NCBI GenBank assembly: GCA_963665115.1
Contig: OY762007.1
Coordinates: forward strand, 4,512,001 to 4,576,000
Reading direction: 5' to 3'
Origin: an uncultured Rivularia sp.
GTDB lineage: Bacteria > Cyanobacteriota > Cyanobacteriia > Cyanobacteriales > Nostocaceae
Length of the DNA: 64,000 nucleotides
In this document: positions 34,055 through 45,758 of the stretch, piece by piece
Layout: each line of letters begins with the position of its first letter
Position numbering within the stretch: position 1 is the first letter of the stretch
The notes under the pieces: model-generated
What the model saw: only the letters and a program-made list of their open reading frames with translations
Databases searched by the model: none
Told to the model about the DNA's origin: nothing
Made by a program: the position numbers and the translations under genes

Positions 34055-34066
34055 TTAAATAAAAAT

Positions 34067-34771
34067 TTATTCAGCGGAGTTGCTGCTGCTGTTGCTGTCA
34101 CTATCGTTAGAGGAATTGCTGGTAGATGTTGAACTAGTTTGCTTTTTTGTTTCTGAAGAAGAATTATTGGTACTATCGTTTGAATTTTGAGGTTCCTTGG
34201 GAGCAGCTTGTTGTGGTTTCGCAGGTTCTGGTTGATTAACACCTTCTTGAGGTTGGACATTAATGTTAATGTCGCGTTGTTGAGGTTGTTGTGCTGGTTC
34301 TTGCTGTTGCGGAACCGGAACCGGAACCGGAACTTCAACAGGAACAGCTATTTCTCTAGTTCTTTCGATGATTGTAGTTGTATTATTTTCCGCAGGCTGG
34401 GAAGCTTCAGGTTCAGCAGGTTCCTTCTCTGTGGTTACGGGAGTTTCAATTGGTGTAGGTGTTGCGTTTTCTGCTTCTTTAGTTTGATTAAAATACCACA
34501 TTGCACCGCCTACTAAAGTTGCAAGTGCCGCAAGCATTACACCTAAGACTAAGCCTCCAGTCGTATTATTACTATCTCGTGCGGCTAAATTTCTTCTTTG
34601 GTAATCTCGTTCTTGAATCCTACCGGAAGCGTAGCCATCCTCATAAGTATTAGGATCGTTTTCAACTGTTTCACTGGTTCTTGTAACGTTGGTATGAATA
34701 CTACCGTCAGCGTTAGTATATGAATCCTGCTTGACTTCTTTGTTGTAGCTTCTTTCGTTGTTGTTAGTCAT
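34067..34771 (-). CDS. hypothetical single-TM protein with low-complexity Pro/Gln/Ser tail
   Basis: 234-aa ORF, TM GGLVLGVMLAALATLVGGAMWYF, TTIIER..VPVPVP. Confidence 0.75.
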   Translation of the reverse strand: MTNNNERSYNKEVKQDSYTNADGSIHTNVTRTSETVENDPNTYEDGYASGRIQERDYQRRNLAARDSNNTTGGLVLGVMLAALATLVGGAMWYFNQTKEAENATPTPIETPVTTEKEPAEPEASQPAENNTTTIIERTREIAVPVEVPVPVPVPQQQEPAQQPQQRDININVQPQEGVNQPEPAKPQQAAPKEPQNSNDSTNNSSSETKKQTSSTSTSNSSNDSDSNSSSNSAE

Positions 34772-35129
34772 AGGTATTTAAGGAATTATTTTGATTAATA
34801 AAGTATGAAAAAGTAAAGCATTTACAAATTAGATAGTTAATTTTATAATCAATCTTTTAATCTATATCTGTAGTTGCTTTTGAAACTCATATTTTGCTAT
34901 ATCCTCAGAATAACTTCTTAATTAACTGGGTGGTTCTATCTTCCGAAAGGTAGTCATACTATCCACAAGAATGACTTTTAACCCGTAAAAAAAATGTTAT
35001 ATTTGACGTTTTTTTATACATACAGTTTCGACTTTATCGTCAATTTAAAAATTATTTATCTAAGATGATGAAATTGATAGATAAAATGACTTTTTAATAT
35101 CAGTTAGTGTTAATTTTAATTAAGTGTAA

Positions 35130-36272
<1,143 letters not shown>

Positions 36273-36310
36273 AAATGTTATTATTATTGTAAAGATAACT
36301 ATAACAATTT

Positions 36311-36384
36311 GGGGCTGTAGCTCAGTTGGATAGAGCGAGCGCCTCCTAAGCGCTAGGTCGCAGGTTCGAGCCTTGCCAGTCCCG
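36311..36384 (+). tRNA. tRNA-Arg (anticodon CCT)
   Basis: GGGGCTG/CAGTCCC acceptor stem, D arm TAGCTCAGTTGGATAGAGC, anticodon arm AGCGC-CTCCTAA-GCGCT, T arm GCAGG-TTCGAGC-CTTGC; CCA not encoded. Confidence 0.97.
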
Positions 36385-36528
36385 TTTTCCGAAAATTAAT
36401 GAATAAAGTTATTAAATAGACTTTTAATTTGATCTACAAAACAGATACAATCTTTGATTAAGTCTGGTATTCTCTGTTGCTGCAATGCAATAGGCAGTGC
36501 ATATAAACTAGTAGATGGTTCTCTTGCC

Positions 36529-36560
36529 GCGTTAGCTCAGCGGCTCTGAAAGAGCATCGC
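36529..36560. mobile_element. 24-nt small dispersed repeat inserted in a HIP1 site
   Basis: GCG[TTAGCTCAGCGGCTCTGAAAGAGC]ATCGC; removing the insert restores GCGATCGC. Confidence 0.65.
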
Positions 36561-36851
36561 GAACATTGAATGACATCTATTCGTCAAAATAAATTAGTCC
36601 TGCCTCGTCCAATACCATACGTTCTCGCAACTTAAACAATAGTCAAGAACGCTTCTTCAAATACTTGTGAATATAGTTTCGCTCGAAATAATTGGGCGTT
36701 AAGGGGTGTTACCCCCTGTGCATTTTTTCACAAAGTATTTATATTTTGTTGGACATATTAATTGTTAACAGCGTATATCTTGCTGCGTTATTTTTATTTT
36801 TCTAGAATAAATTCCTTTCTAGATAGTCTAAGCGATAAACCCTTAAATAAA

Positions 36852-37397
36852 ATGCTCTCCAAAGGAATCTCTTCTCGGTTAATGCTTCTCGTTTTACCCC
36901 TAACCTTACTATGGGGTTACAAAAAAGTTCAAGCTGTATTTGTACAGCCACAAGCAATTTTGGTTTTAGGAGGCTCTACTAAAAGATTAGAACGAGAAAA
37001 ATTTACAGCTCATTTTGCAAAACAATATCCTAACCTGCCGATTTTGATTTCGGGAGGTAGTCCAGAAAGTGCGACAAAAAAGGTATTTATCAAAGCTGGT
37101 GTCGATCAAGAGCGTTTGTACTTAGACTATCGAGCCAATAATACAGTCGAAAATTTTACAACGTTAGTAGATGATTTAAAAAAAAGAGGAATCAAGAAAT
37201 TATATTTAGTCACTTCCGATTACCATATGCCTCGTGCGAGCGTAGTTGGCGAAATTGTTTTAGGTAGTCGGGGAATTGACTTTAAAACAGTATCTGTGCC
37301 TTCACAAAGTAATTCCGAACCAGTCGAAAAGTCTATCCGCGACGGAGTTAGATCGATTGTGTGGGTTGCTACAGGTTTGGGTGGTGGGGAGAAATAG
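36852..37397 (+). CDS. YdcF/DUF218 family protein
   Basis: ILVLGG, ILISGG, NTVENF, LVTSDYHMPRA. Confidence 0.88.
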   Translation: MLSKGISSRLMLLVLPLTLLWGYKKVQAVFVQPQAILVLGGSTKRLEREKFTAHFAKQYPNLPILISGGSPESATKKVFIKAGVDQERLYLDYRANNTVENFTTLVDDLKKRGIKKLYLVTSDYHMPRASVVGEIVLGSRGIDFKTVSVPSQSNSEPVEKSIRDGVRSIVWVATGLGGGEK

Positions 37398-37480
37398 AAG
37401 CCGAGGAAGCCGAGGAAGAATTATTGTTTGCTATTCCCTTTTCCCCGTTTCCTATTTCCTACCTCATTGAATATTGCAAC

Positions 37481-37783
37481 TTATGCCGCAGCTTTTTCTT
37501 GCACCAAAACAAAAGGCTGCACAATCAAAGTGTTAAAGCGTTTTTTTCGCTGCATATTCCATTCTCCGATTTGTACTGCTGAAGGTTTAGCAATCAACGC
37601 TTCATCAATCCAATTTTGGACTTCTGAGGCTTTATCACCAGCTATAGCTTCACCTACCTCTAATAAATCTAATTCAGAGGCTACTATAATTACAGAATCT
37701 CTTTGTGCATGAGGAATCAACCATTCCCATTCGGCTTCATCAAGGTTTTCATCTAATTGCGCTCTTAAATCTTGATTTGTCAT
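37481..37783 (-). CDS. DUF2288 family protein
   Basis: AEWEWLIPHAQRD, LIVQPFVLVQE. Confidence 0.8.
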   Translation of the reverse strand: MTNQDLRAQLDENLDEAEWEWLIPHAQRDSVIIVASELDLLEVGEAIAGDKASEVQNWIDEALIAKPSAVQIGEWNMQRKKRFNTLIVQPFVLVQEKAAA

Positions 37784-37923
37784 CAGTCATTATTTATTCT
37801 GCAATAATTAATATATAACAATTTTAAATTATTTGTGAAAATTCAAAGCCGGCTTCTTGAAAGAAGCCGTATTATTATGCATCACGAGATTATGGTTTGG
37901 ATTATATTACTTATAAATTTTGA

Positions 37924-38961
37924 TTAAACCTCAGCTTTCATTGCATCAATCTCAAACAATGAAACAATGACTCCTGCAATTGGAATTGAGATAAAAATAC
38001 CTAATAAGCCTGCAATTCTAGCACCTATTAGTAAAGCAAAAAATATTACAACTGGATTTAAATTCAGTGCATCCTGCATAACTCTAGGTGCAATTAAATT
38101 ATCTTGAATTTGTTGGAGTAAAATACAAGCTCCCAATACCTTAAGCGCCAACCATACACCTTGAGATAATACAATTAAAGTAATTACACTAATTCCTAAT
38201 GTTGCACCGATTCCTGGAATAACATCAATAAAACCGACTATTACAGATAAGACTAAAGGAAACGGTACCCCCAACACCACAAAAACCAGAAATGTTGTGA
38301 CAGTGAGAAACAGTGTTAATAATAATTGACCCCGAAAAAAGCCTAGAAATGCACGTTTCATGATTTTTGCAAACCTTTCACGTCGAGTACTCGGCACTAT
38401 TTTTAAAATAAAATTCCAAAGCTGTTCTCCTTCGAGAAGCATAAAAAATGAGATAACCGCAATTAAAACGAAAGTCGCAAAATTAGTAATAAAACCTTGG
38501 AATAAAAATAGAATATTACTAAGTCTCGCAATAGCTTGTTCTCTTAATACCTGTTCTAAGTAACTTAAATCTATCTGAAGATTTCGGTTCCTAAGTATCT
38601 CTTCCAATCGCTCAACCAAAGGCACTAAAGAATTTAGAAAAGTAGCTACACTATCAATTAACTGTTGTCCCTGGGATAAAAGTCCTAAACCTGCCGCTAT
38701 AGCTAAACTGCCAAGAATAACTATACTGATTAAGAAAATAAATATAACCGCTACACTATGAGGTACAAAGCGTTTTAGCCACTGTACTGGATAGCTAAGT
38801 AAAAAAGCCAAAATTGCCGCAAACGTAAAAATAACGATAACTGCTTGAAAATAAGCGAATAATTTTACGATTGTCCAACCGCAAGCAGCAAAAAGTAAAA
38901 AGCGAACTAAAGCAAAATTATTTAATCGTGTTAAAAAATTTTCACCGTCTGAATCATTCAT
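37924..38961 (-). CDS. AI-2E family transporter
   Basis: multiple TM segments, FFRGQ, IPGIG, QQIQDNLIAPRVM. Confidence 0.88.
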   Translation of the reverse strand: MNDSDGENFLTRLNNFALVRFLLFAACGWTIVKLFAYFQAVIVIFTFAAILAFLLSYPVQWLKRFVPHSVAVIFIFLISIVILGSLAIAAGLGLLSQGQQLIDSVATFLNSLVPLVERLEEILRNRNLQIDLSYLEQVLREQAIARLSNILFLFQGFITNFATFVLIAVISFFMLLEGEQLWNFILKIVPSTRRERFAKIMKRAFLGFFRGQLLLTLFLTVTTFLVFVVLGVPFPLVLSVIVGFIDVIPGIGATLGISVITLIVLSQGVWLALKVLGACILLQQIQDNLIAPRVMQDALNLNPVVIFFALLIGARIAGLLGIFISIPIAGVIVSLFEIDAMKAEV

Positions 38962-39131
38962 AAAATATTAAGTAAGTAGAAGGAAGGAAGCGGGAGACAA
39001 ATTAAATAGATAAAATTCGGTATGCCAACATTACCCGAAGATCAATTTAAGCAAATTTAGCTACCAATGTTACTTGCTTAAAGCATATTCTTAATACATC
39101 TTTTTAATACATATTGTCTAATTTTGCCGCT

Positions 39132-39770
39132 TCAACGTCCCAAATCGTGCATTTTATTAATCTCTACAGCGCATTTTTGGGTTACAGCTTCTAAATCTTC
39201 CTTAGTGGTGGAAATTGGAGCAGAAATCAACTCGCCAATTCTGATAGTTACCGGAACCCTTTGAGGAATACCCGAACCTTTCTGCTCAATATCCTGAGTA
39301 CCCCACAAACATACTGGTATAATTGGTGCTTTGGCTTTTGCTGCAATTAACGCCGCGCCTCTTTTAGGGTCTGTAATTCGTCCATTAGGCGTGCGAGTAC
39401 CTTGCAAGAAAATACCTACAGCCCAACCGCCCTTTAGATACTCCAAAGCACTACGAATTGCATTGCGATCGCCACTTCCCCTACTTACAGGATAAGCACC
39501 ATACAGTTGAATCGCTTGTTTCAAAACGGGAACTTTAAATAATTCTTCCTTCGCCATATAAGATACGGGACGGCAAACGCTATTAGAAACAATCGGTGGG
39601 TCAAAATTACTCGCATGATTGCTTACTATCACTAATGGGCCATTCCGAGGGACATTTTCCGCTCCATAAATACGCCCTCGGAAGTAAGCGAGAAGCATCG
39701 GATTTACTACCGAGTATTTAAAAGCTTGGTAAAGCAGGAGGCTAACAAAAGGTTCGCGATTTCGAGACAT
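39132..39770 (-). CDS. plsC: 1-acyl-sn-glycerol-3-phosphate acyltransferase
   Basis: NHASNFDP, FLQGTR; position in the plsX-fabH-fabD cluster. Confidence 0.9.
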   Translation of the reverse strand: MSRNREPFVSLLLYQAFKYSVVNPMLLAYFRGRIYGAENVPRNGPLVIVSNHASNFDPPIVSNSVCRPVSYMAKEELFKVPVLKQAIQLYGAYPVSRGSGDRNAIRSALEYLKGGWAVGIFLQGTRTPNGRITDPKRGAALIAAKAKAPIIPVCLWGTQDIEQKGSGIPQRVPVTIRIGELISAPISTTKEDLEAVTQKCAVEINKMHDLGR

Positions 39771-39997
39771 AATGCAAAATGGGCATGGGGGATTGGGGAT
39801 TGGGCATGGGGGACATTATTAAAGTAGTGAGTAATGAGTAATGAGTAGCGAGTAAAAATAGACGTAAAACGGCAGCGACATTTATGAGAATAATAAGAAT
39901 CAGTAATTTACTCTCTACTTGCTACTTGCTACTTCCTACTCCCTACTTGCTACTCCCTACTTGCTACTTACTATTCCCTACTCTCTACTCCTAACTC

Positions 39998-40887
39998 CTA
40001 ACTTTTAACTAATTCCGTTTCCGCCGCAGAGCGCACGTTTTCTAATTTTAAGCCGGAGGCTGTTCGCTTGATTAAACCTGTTAATACATTTCCAGGGGCC
40101 CAATTTCTACTACTCGTTCAATTCCTTGTTCTGGTAAGGCTAGTGCTATTTCTCGCCAGCGCACGCTTCCGGTCATTTGTTTTACTAAGCGTTGCTTTAA
40201 AACATCTGCTTCCACCGTGGGTGCAGGTTCAACGTTAGATAAAACTGGTACGTTAGCTTGATGAAATTCTACGGTTGCTAATACATCTTTAAATTCAGCA
40301 GATGCTTCTGCCATCATCGGTGAATGAAAGGCTCCCGATACATTTAATGGTAATTTGCGTTTTGCTTTCACTTGATTCAGGACGCTTTCTATCGCTTCAG
40401 GTGTACCGGAAATTACTACTTGTGCGGAACTGTTGTCATTCGCCAAAACTGCATCGTCTGTTTCAGCCAGAATTTTATCTAATTGTTCTCTATCGAAGCC
40501 AATTAAAGCTGCCATCTTACCACCAGCAGCATTCTCCATCAGTTCGGCACGACGCTTTACCAAACGCAAACCAGCAGACCATTCAAATACGCCTGCTACA
40601 TATAAAGCAATATACTCTCCCAAGCTATGACCGGCTACTAAATCCGGTTTTTCTTCTTTGCAGATAATATCGGCAAGAATAGTTTCTACCACATACAAGC
40701 AAGGTTGAGTATAAAGAGTACGAGCCAACTTATCTTCGTGATTCTGGCAAATGTCGCTAACGCTCCAGCCTAAAATCTCTTCAGCTTGAACAAACTTTTC
40801 CTTCGTTTCTGACAATTCCAGTAAATCCATTCCCATTCCCAGTACTTGGGAACCTTGTCCGGGAAATACCCATGCGGTTTTACTCAT
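39998..40887 (-). CDS. fabD: malonyl-CoA:ACP transacylase (+1 frameshift near 40097)
   Basis: FPGQGSQ, GHSLGE, SGAFHS; corrected tail GPGNVLTGLIKRT..LVKS*. Confidence 0.92.
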
Positions 40888-41090
40888 CAGCTATTAGTTT
40901 TTAGTTAGTAGTTAGTAGTTAGTGGTTAGTGGTTAGTGGTTCGTAGAGTCAGGAGTTAGGAGTTAGTAATTAGGAGATGAAGAAAGCGGAGGGAGCAAAG
41001 GGAGCAATTTTAAATTAATTTTTTTCCCCTGCCTCAAGAGCCTCTCCTGCTCTCCTTGTCCCCTTGCCTCCCCCCTCTCCCCCTGCTCTC

Positions 41091-42083
41091 TTACCTTCCC
41101 CACTGAAAAATCGCCGCGCCCCAAGTTAATCCAGCCCCAAAACCAGATGCAGCGATGGTATCTTGTTGTTTAATTTTGCCTTCTCGTACTGCTTCATCTA
41201 ATGCGATTGGTATGGAAGCAGCAGAGGTATTGCCATAATTAGCTACATTACTGATTACTTTTTCTGGTGGAATAGAAAGACGTTCTGCGACTGCATCAAG
41301 AATGCGTTGGTTGGCTTGATGCAATAGCAGCCAATCCACTTGCTCGACAGTCAAATTGGCACGAAATAAAGCTTTGTCAATAACTTCTGGTACTCGCTTC
41401 ACGGCAAAACGATAAACTTCTTTGCCGTTCATAGAAACATTACCAAAATTGCCTTTTGAGATACTTACACCATTGGTAAGTTCTTGGGATTGAGGTGTAT
41501 AGGCAAGCTTTAGACAGCTATTGAGAGTTCCATCACTTTTTATTTCAAACCCTAATAAATGGTCTTCCTTATTGGCTTGCAATACAGCAGCCCCAGCACC
41601 ATCACCAAATAATATGCAGGTGCGTCTATCTTCCCAATCCACCCAACGAGAGAGGATATCCGCCCCAATCAAGAGTACATTTTGAAATACACCCGTTCTT
41701 ATATATTGGGCGGCAGTTACCAATCCAAACACAAAACCAGAACAAGCCGCAGTCAAATCAAATGCTACTGCTTTGGTGGCTCCTAATTCAGCTTGAATTG
41801 CAGCGGCACTACCAAACAAATCATCGGGAGTGGAAGTGGCCAGCAAAATCAAATCCAAATCTTTTGCTTCAATTTGTGCCATTTCCAATGCCTTGAGACT
41901 AGCAGCAGTACCAATAGAAGTAACAGATTCGGTCGCCATCGCTAATCTTCGTTGACGAATTCCCGTTCTGGTGGTTATCCATTCATCTGATGTTTCAACT
42001 AGCCCGCTCAGCCTCTGGTTATCCAGAAAGGTTCCTGGCACAGCCGAGCCACTTCCTGTAATCGCTATTCCTAAATTTTGCAC
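41091..42083 (-). CDS. fabH: 3-oxoacyl-ACP synthase III
   Basis: AACSGF, HQANQRI, YGNTSAASIP; GTG start. Confidence 0.95.
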   Translation of the reverse strand: MQNLGIAITGSGSAVPGTFLDNQRLSGLVETSDEWITTRTGIRQRRLAMATESVTSIGTAASLKALEMAQIEAKDLDLILLATSTPDDLFGSAAAIQAELGATKAVAFDLTAACSGFVFGLVTAAQYIRTGVFQNVLLIGADILSRWVDWEDRRTCILFGDGAGAAVLQANKEDHLLGFEIKSDGTLNSCLKLAYTPQSQELTNGVSISKGNFGNVSMNGKEVYRFAVKRVPEVIDKALFRANLTVEQVDWLLLHQANQRILDAVAERLSIPPEKVISNVANYGNTSAASIPIALDEAVREGKIKQQDTIAASGFGAGLTWGAAIFQWGR

Positions 42084-42210
42084 TCATTCTCTCCGCAGCT
42101 ATCCGCTAGAAGGACTGTAAAAATCTCTACGATAATAATTACTAATCTATAGGCAGTATAAAAAAGAACTGTTCTATAGACTAGTAATATTAATTGCCTG
42201 CCTAGCTAAT

Positions 42211-43233
42211 TCATAAAACGCTTTTTTCGCTCAGATTTTGAGAGTGAATGCGTTGTAGTACCTGATTGTCCACAGCTTCTTTCGCTAGACGAATTGCACC
42301 GAAAATTGAAGGAGCTTGGGAACTACCATGACCAATTACACATATGCCGTTTACGCCTAAAAGTAAACCACCGCCATGTTCTGCTGAGTCTACCCGCTGC
42401 TTAATTCGTTTCAGGTTTGGTTTTAAAATAGAACAGCCAAGTTGGCCGCGCAATCCTTGGGGTAATTCCTCGCGCATAATTTGCAGCAAAATTTCCCCGA
42501 CTGCTTCAGCAAATTTTAATAAGACATTGCCTACAAAACCATCGCATACAATCACATCAAAATCACCAGAAAGCACATCGCGCCCTTCGGCATTGCCAAT
42601 AAAGGTAATGTAAGGATTTTCAGCAATCATTTGGTGGGCGCGTATGGCAACATCGTTACCTTTACAATCTTCCTCACCAATATTTAATAAACCAACTTTG
42701 GGTTCTGCCACACCCAAAACATACTGAGAATAGGCAGAACCTAAAACGGCAAATTGCTCCAAATATTTAGGACGGCAGTCTACGTTAGCGCCAACGTCAA
42801 GCACTAAGACTTGCTTGCTAGCCATCATCGTAGGGAATACTGCACCAATTGCCGGACGATCGATGCCCGGAAGTCTTCCCAAGCGAAGTAAAGCTGCTGC
42901 CATTGCTGCACCAGAATGACCGGCACTAATTACAGCATCAGCTTCTCCCTTTTTCACCAAGCTCATCGCCACGTTAATGGAAGCCTTCGGTTTGCGTCTA
43001 ATGCCGCTTAAAGGTTCCTCATCCATCGCGATCGCCCCTTCGGCAGGGACAATTTCAACTTGTTCTGACTTAACTGATGATGGCAGTGTTCGTTCAATAT
43101 CTTCGGGGGAGCCTACCAACAATACTTTTACACCTAATTCTTCGACGGCTCGCAGTGCGCCAGCCACGATTTCCCCAGGTGCATTATCTCCTCCCATTGC
43201 ATCAATAGCGATTCTTACGCCAGTCGATCCCAT
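42211..43233 (-). CDS. plsX: phosphate acyltransferase
   Basis: IAIDAMGGD, IDRPA, LDVGAN, LLNIGEE, CDGFVGN. Confidence 0.95.
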   Translation of the reverse strand: MGSTGVRIAIDAMGGDNAPGEIVAGALRAVEELGVKVLLVGSPEDIERTLPSSVKSEQVEIVPAEGAIAMDEEPLSGIRRKPKASINVAMSLVKKGEADAVISAGHSGAAMAAALLRLGRLPGIDRPAIGAVFPTMMASKQVLVLDVGANVDCRPKYLEQFAVLGSAYSQYVLGVAEPKVGLLNIGEEDCKGNDVAIRAHQMIAENPYITFIGNAEGRDVLSGDFDVIVCDGFVGNVLLKFAEAVGEILLQIMREELPQGLRGQLGCSILKPNLKRIKQRVDSAEHGGGLLLGVNGICVIGHGSSQAPSIFGAIRLAKEAVDNQVLQRIHSQNLSEKSVL

Positions 43234-44387
43234 TGCTCAGAGCTTCCAGAAACCTTACAAATTTTACCAGATGCCCCTACTAGTAGCAGTAGATTTTTAA
43301 CTACCAAATCTCGCTTTTCTAAGTAAGGCATCCACTTCGACTTTCGCTCAACATAACATGAATTCACCTCTATCACTCCACTCTCATCTCTTTACAGGTA
43401 AATGTTTTGAGCAATATTCCTCCGGTGCTAACGATACGTAACAACATTGCTGTTGAGCGTAAAGCAGACTAATATTGCATCTTGATATAAAGACTTATTG
43501 CATAAATTGCACAAAGCAGTAATTCTATTTTCCGTCAAGAAAGCTGATGTTTTGTAAGGCAAAATTTAATCGGGTGCTATTCTAAATCTTGTCATCATCG
43601 CTTTATTTACAGGCATATGCATATTGATTTCAACCATGCTCCTTATTCATCTTCCGCAGTGGAAAGAAATGCAAAAGGATTTGAAAGTGCTAGTTGATTC
43701 GTTTGCTATCAATAGTGATAAGTAGCACTACGTATGAGAATTTTGAAAAAATAGCAGTAAATATATTGGCTCTGGATTCAAGCAAACTACTAATTCCGAC
43801 CTAAAATTCAAAAAATAATGAAATTTCCCTGATTTGCGATTAAATATCTAGAAGATATTCACAGTTACGAAGGCGCATCCGTTTTAAAAGAGCGTTTTTA
43901 GTTTTTAGTAGCTAGTAAACAGTACCGTTGATAGCACGACGTGTATTTGGTAATTAATACTATGTCGCTGTCGTTGTTCTTACCCCTTCGAGAACCAACT
44001 GCTCTGCTAGATATCTATGAAACCGGCCCATTCAATTTTGCTCAAAGCATTGTCTGTTAAATATTTTATGAACTTTACAAAAACTCTTCATATTACTTAT
44101 AAAAGCAACTATAAATTTATATTTATCCTGAATTGGGACCGAAACCCAGGTTAATTCCCATAAGGGTTTTTCCCAATCAATTTGGTGCGATCGCCCAGAG
44201 AAGTGTGATAATAAAATCCATTACTTGAAAATTTAAGCATAATGGTTGAGGCAGATTGCAAGAGTTTGTTATATAGCTCTCTTCCGAAAGCAAAAATCAA
44301 CGGGTATCATTACTCAATGCTAATGGGTTTGCTTTGTGCGTAATATTACAGCAAAAAAGGTAGCAGTTACTTGTATAGGAGCAAAGA

Positions 44388-45710
44388 ATGCTGGAATTGT
44401 TTGGTTCGGGTTTAATTTCATTATGGTTAGACATGGCAGGAGTACAAGTTAAGCCAATGCAGGCTTTTGATAACTTAGCTTGGCAAGCTGGTACTGGCTT
44501 AGCTCTCGCCCCGGACCCAAATCCAACTAGAGGTAACACGATACGAGAATATCTTAAAGAACTACAAACATTAAAATTAATAAAACCCGAACAAACCCAA
44601 CTTCAAGGCATTTGGATGCAGTCAGGTCCGATACTGATGGCTAACCATCAAGGTACAAAACCCTTACCTGCTGCTTCTTTAACTAAAATTGCTACTTCAC
44701 TTGCTGCGCTCAAAAAATGGGGTCACGACCACAAATTTGAAACTTTGATAAGTGCTACCGGACCTATTAAAAACGGTGTATTGGAAGGAAATTTAGTAGT
44801 TAATGCTAGTGGCGATCCTTTATTTGTTTGGGAAGAAGCAATAACGATTGGCAATACGCTCAACAAAATGGGTATAAAGCGCGTCAATGGAAATTTAATT
44901 GTTGTTGGTAAATTTGCGATGAATTTCCAACGCAATCCCACATTAGCAGGACAAGCGTTAAAAAGGGCGCTCAATTTTGCTACTTGGCCCAGACAGATAG
45001 CCTTTCAGTATTCGCGAATGCCCAAAGGTACCCCAAAACCTCAAGTTGTAATTACAGGAAAAGTTGAAGTCAAAGACAAGGTTGAAATCTCTCAAATTCA
45101 ATTAATACGTCATCGCTCATTACCGATGGTGCAGTTAATTAATGAGATGAACGTTTTCAGCAACAATAAAATGGCAGAAATGCTTGCAGAATCTGTAGGT
45201 GGAGCAAGTGTAGTCCAATCAATTGCGGCTAAAGAAGCAAGAGTCCCGCAATTAGAAATTCAATTAATTAACGGTTCCGGATTAGGACAAGAAAATCGCA
45301 TTTCTCCCAGGGCTGCGACTGCGATGTTAATGGCAATTCAACGTTTAGCAACTCCTCACAATCTTACAGTCGCTGACTTTTTCCCCACTTCCGGCTTAGA
45401 TCATCGCGGCACAACTTACGCCAGACGCATTCCCAAATATACTGCTTTCAAAACTGGTACTTTAAGAGATGTCAGCGCATTAGCAGGAGTAATGCCGACA
45501 AAAAATCGCGGTTTGGTTTGGTTTGCAGTTATTAACAAAGGTGTTTACGTTCCGGGTTTCCGTTCCGAACAAGACAAATTACTGCAAAAAATGCTCAAAG
45601 ATTTAGAAGTACCAGCAACCGCTTCAAGTGGTGTGAGTCCTACTGAAGGGGTAAAAGCCATACCCGAGTTAGGTAAGGCTAGTCGTAATGATGTTTTGTA
45701 TGAAAGCTAA
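44388..45710 (+). CDS. dacB: D-Ala-D-Ala carboxypeptidase/endopeptidase (PBP4, peptidase S13)
   Basis: ASLTK (SxxK), SNN, NGSGL, KTGTL. Confidence 0.85.
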   Translation: MLELFGSGLISLWLDMAGVQVKPMQAFDNLAWQAGTGLALAPDPNPTRGNTIREYLKELQTLKLIKPEQTQLQGIWMQSGPILMANHQGTKPLPAASLTKIATSLAALKKWGHDHKFETLISATGPIKNGVLEGNLVVNASGDPLFVWEEAITIGNTLNKMGIKRVNGNLIVVGKFAMNFQRNPTLAGQALKRALNFATWPRQIAFQYSRMPKGTPKPQVVITGKVEVKDKVEISQIQLIRHRSLPMVQLINEMNVFSNNKMAEMLAESVGGASVVQSIAAKEARVPQLEIQLINGSGLGQENRISPRAATAMLMAIQRLATPHNLTVADFFPTSGLDHRGTTYARRIPKYTAFKTGTLRDVSALAGVMPTKNRGLVWFAVINKGVYVPGFRSEQDKLLQKMLKDLEVPATASSGVSPTEGVKAIPELGKASRNDVLYES

Positions 45711-45758
45711 ATTTAGGGAACTGGTAATTGGTAATTGGTAATTGATAATTGGTAATTG

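Noticed and set aside
36526..36560. second tRNA or attachment-site remnant
   Set aside because: Only a D-arm-like stretch with no anticodon or T arm; better explained as an insert in HIP1; no integrase near the tRNA
39998..40887. fabD and other frameshifted genes as true pseudogenes or programmed frameshifts
   Set aside because: Essential genes, single insertions at recurrent motifs, both halves intact; assembly error is more parsimonious
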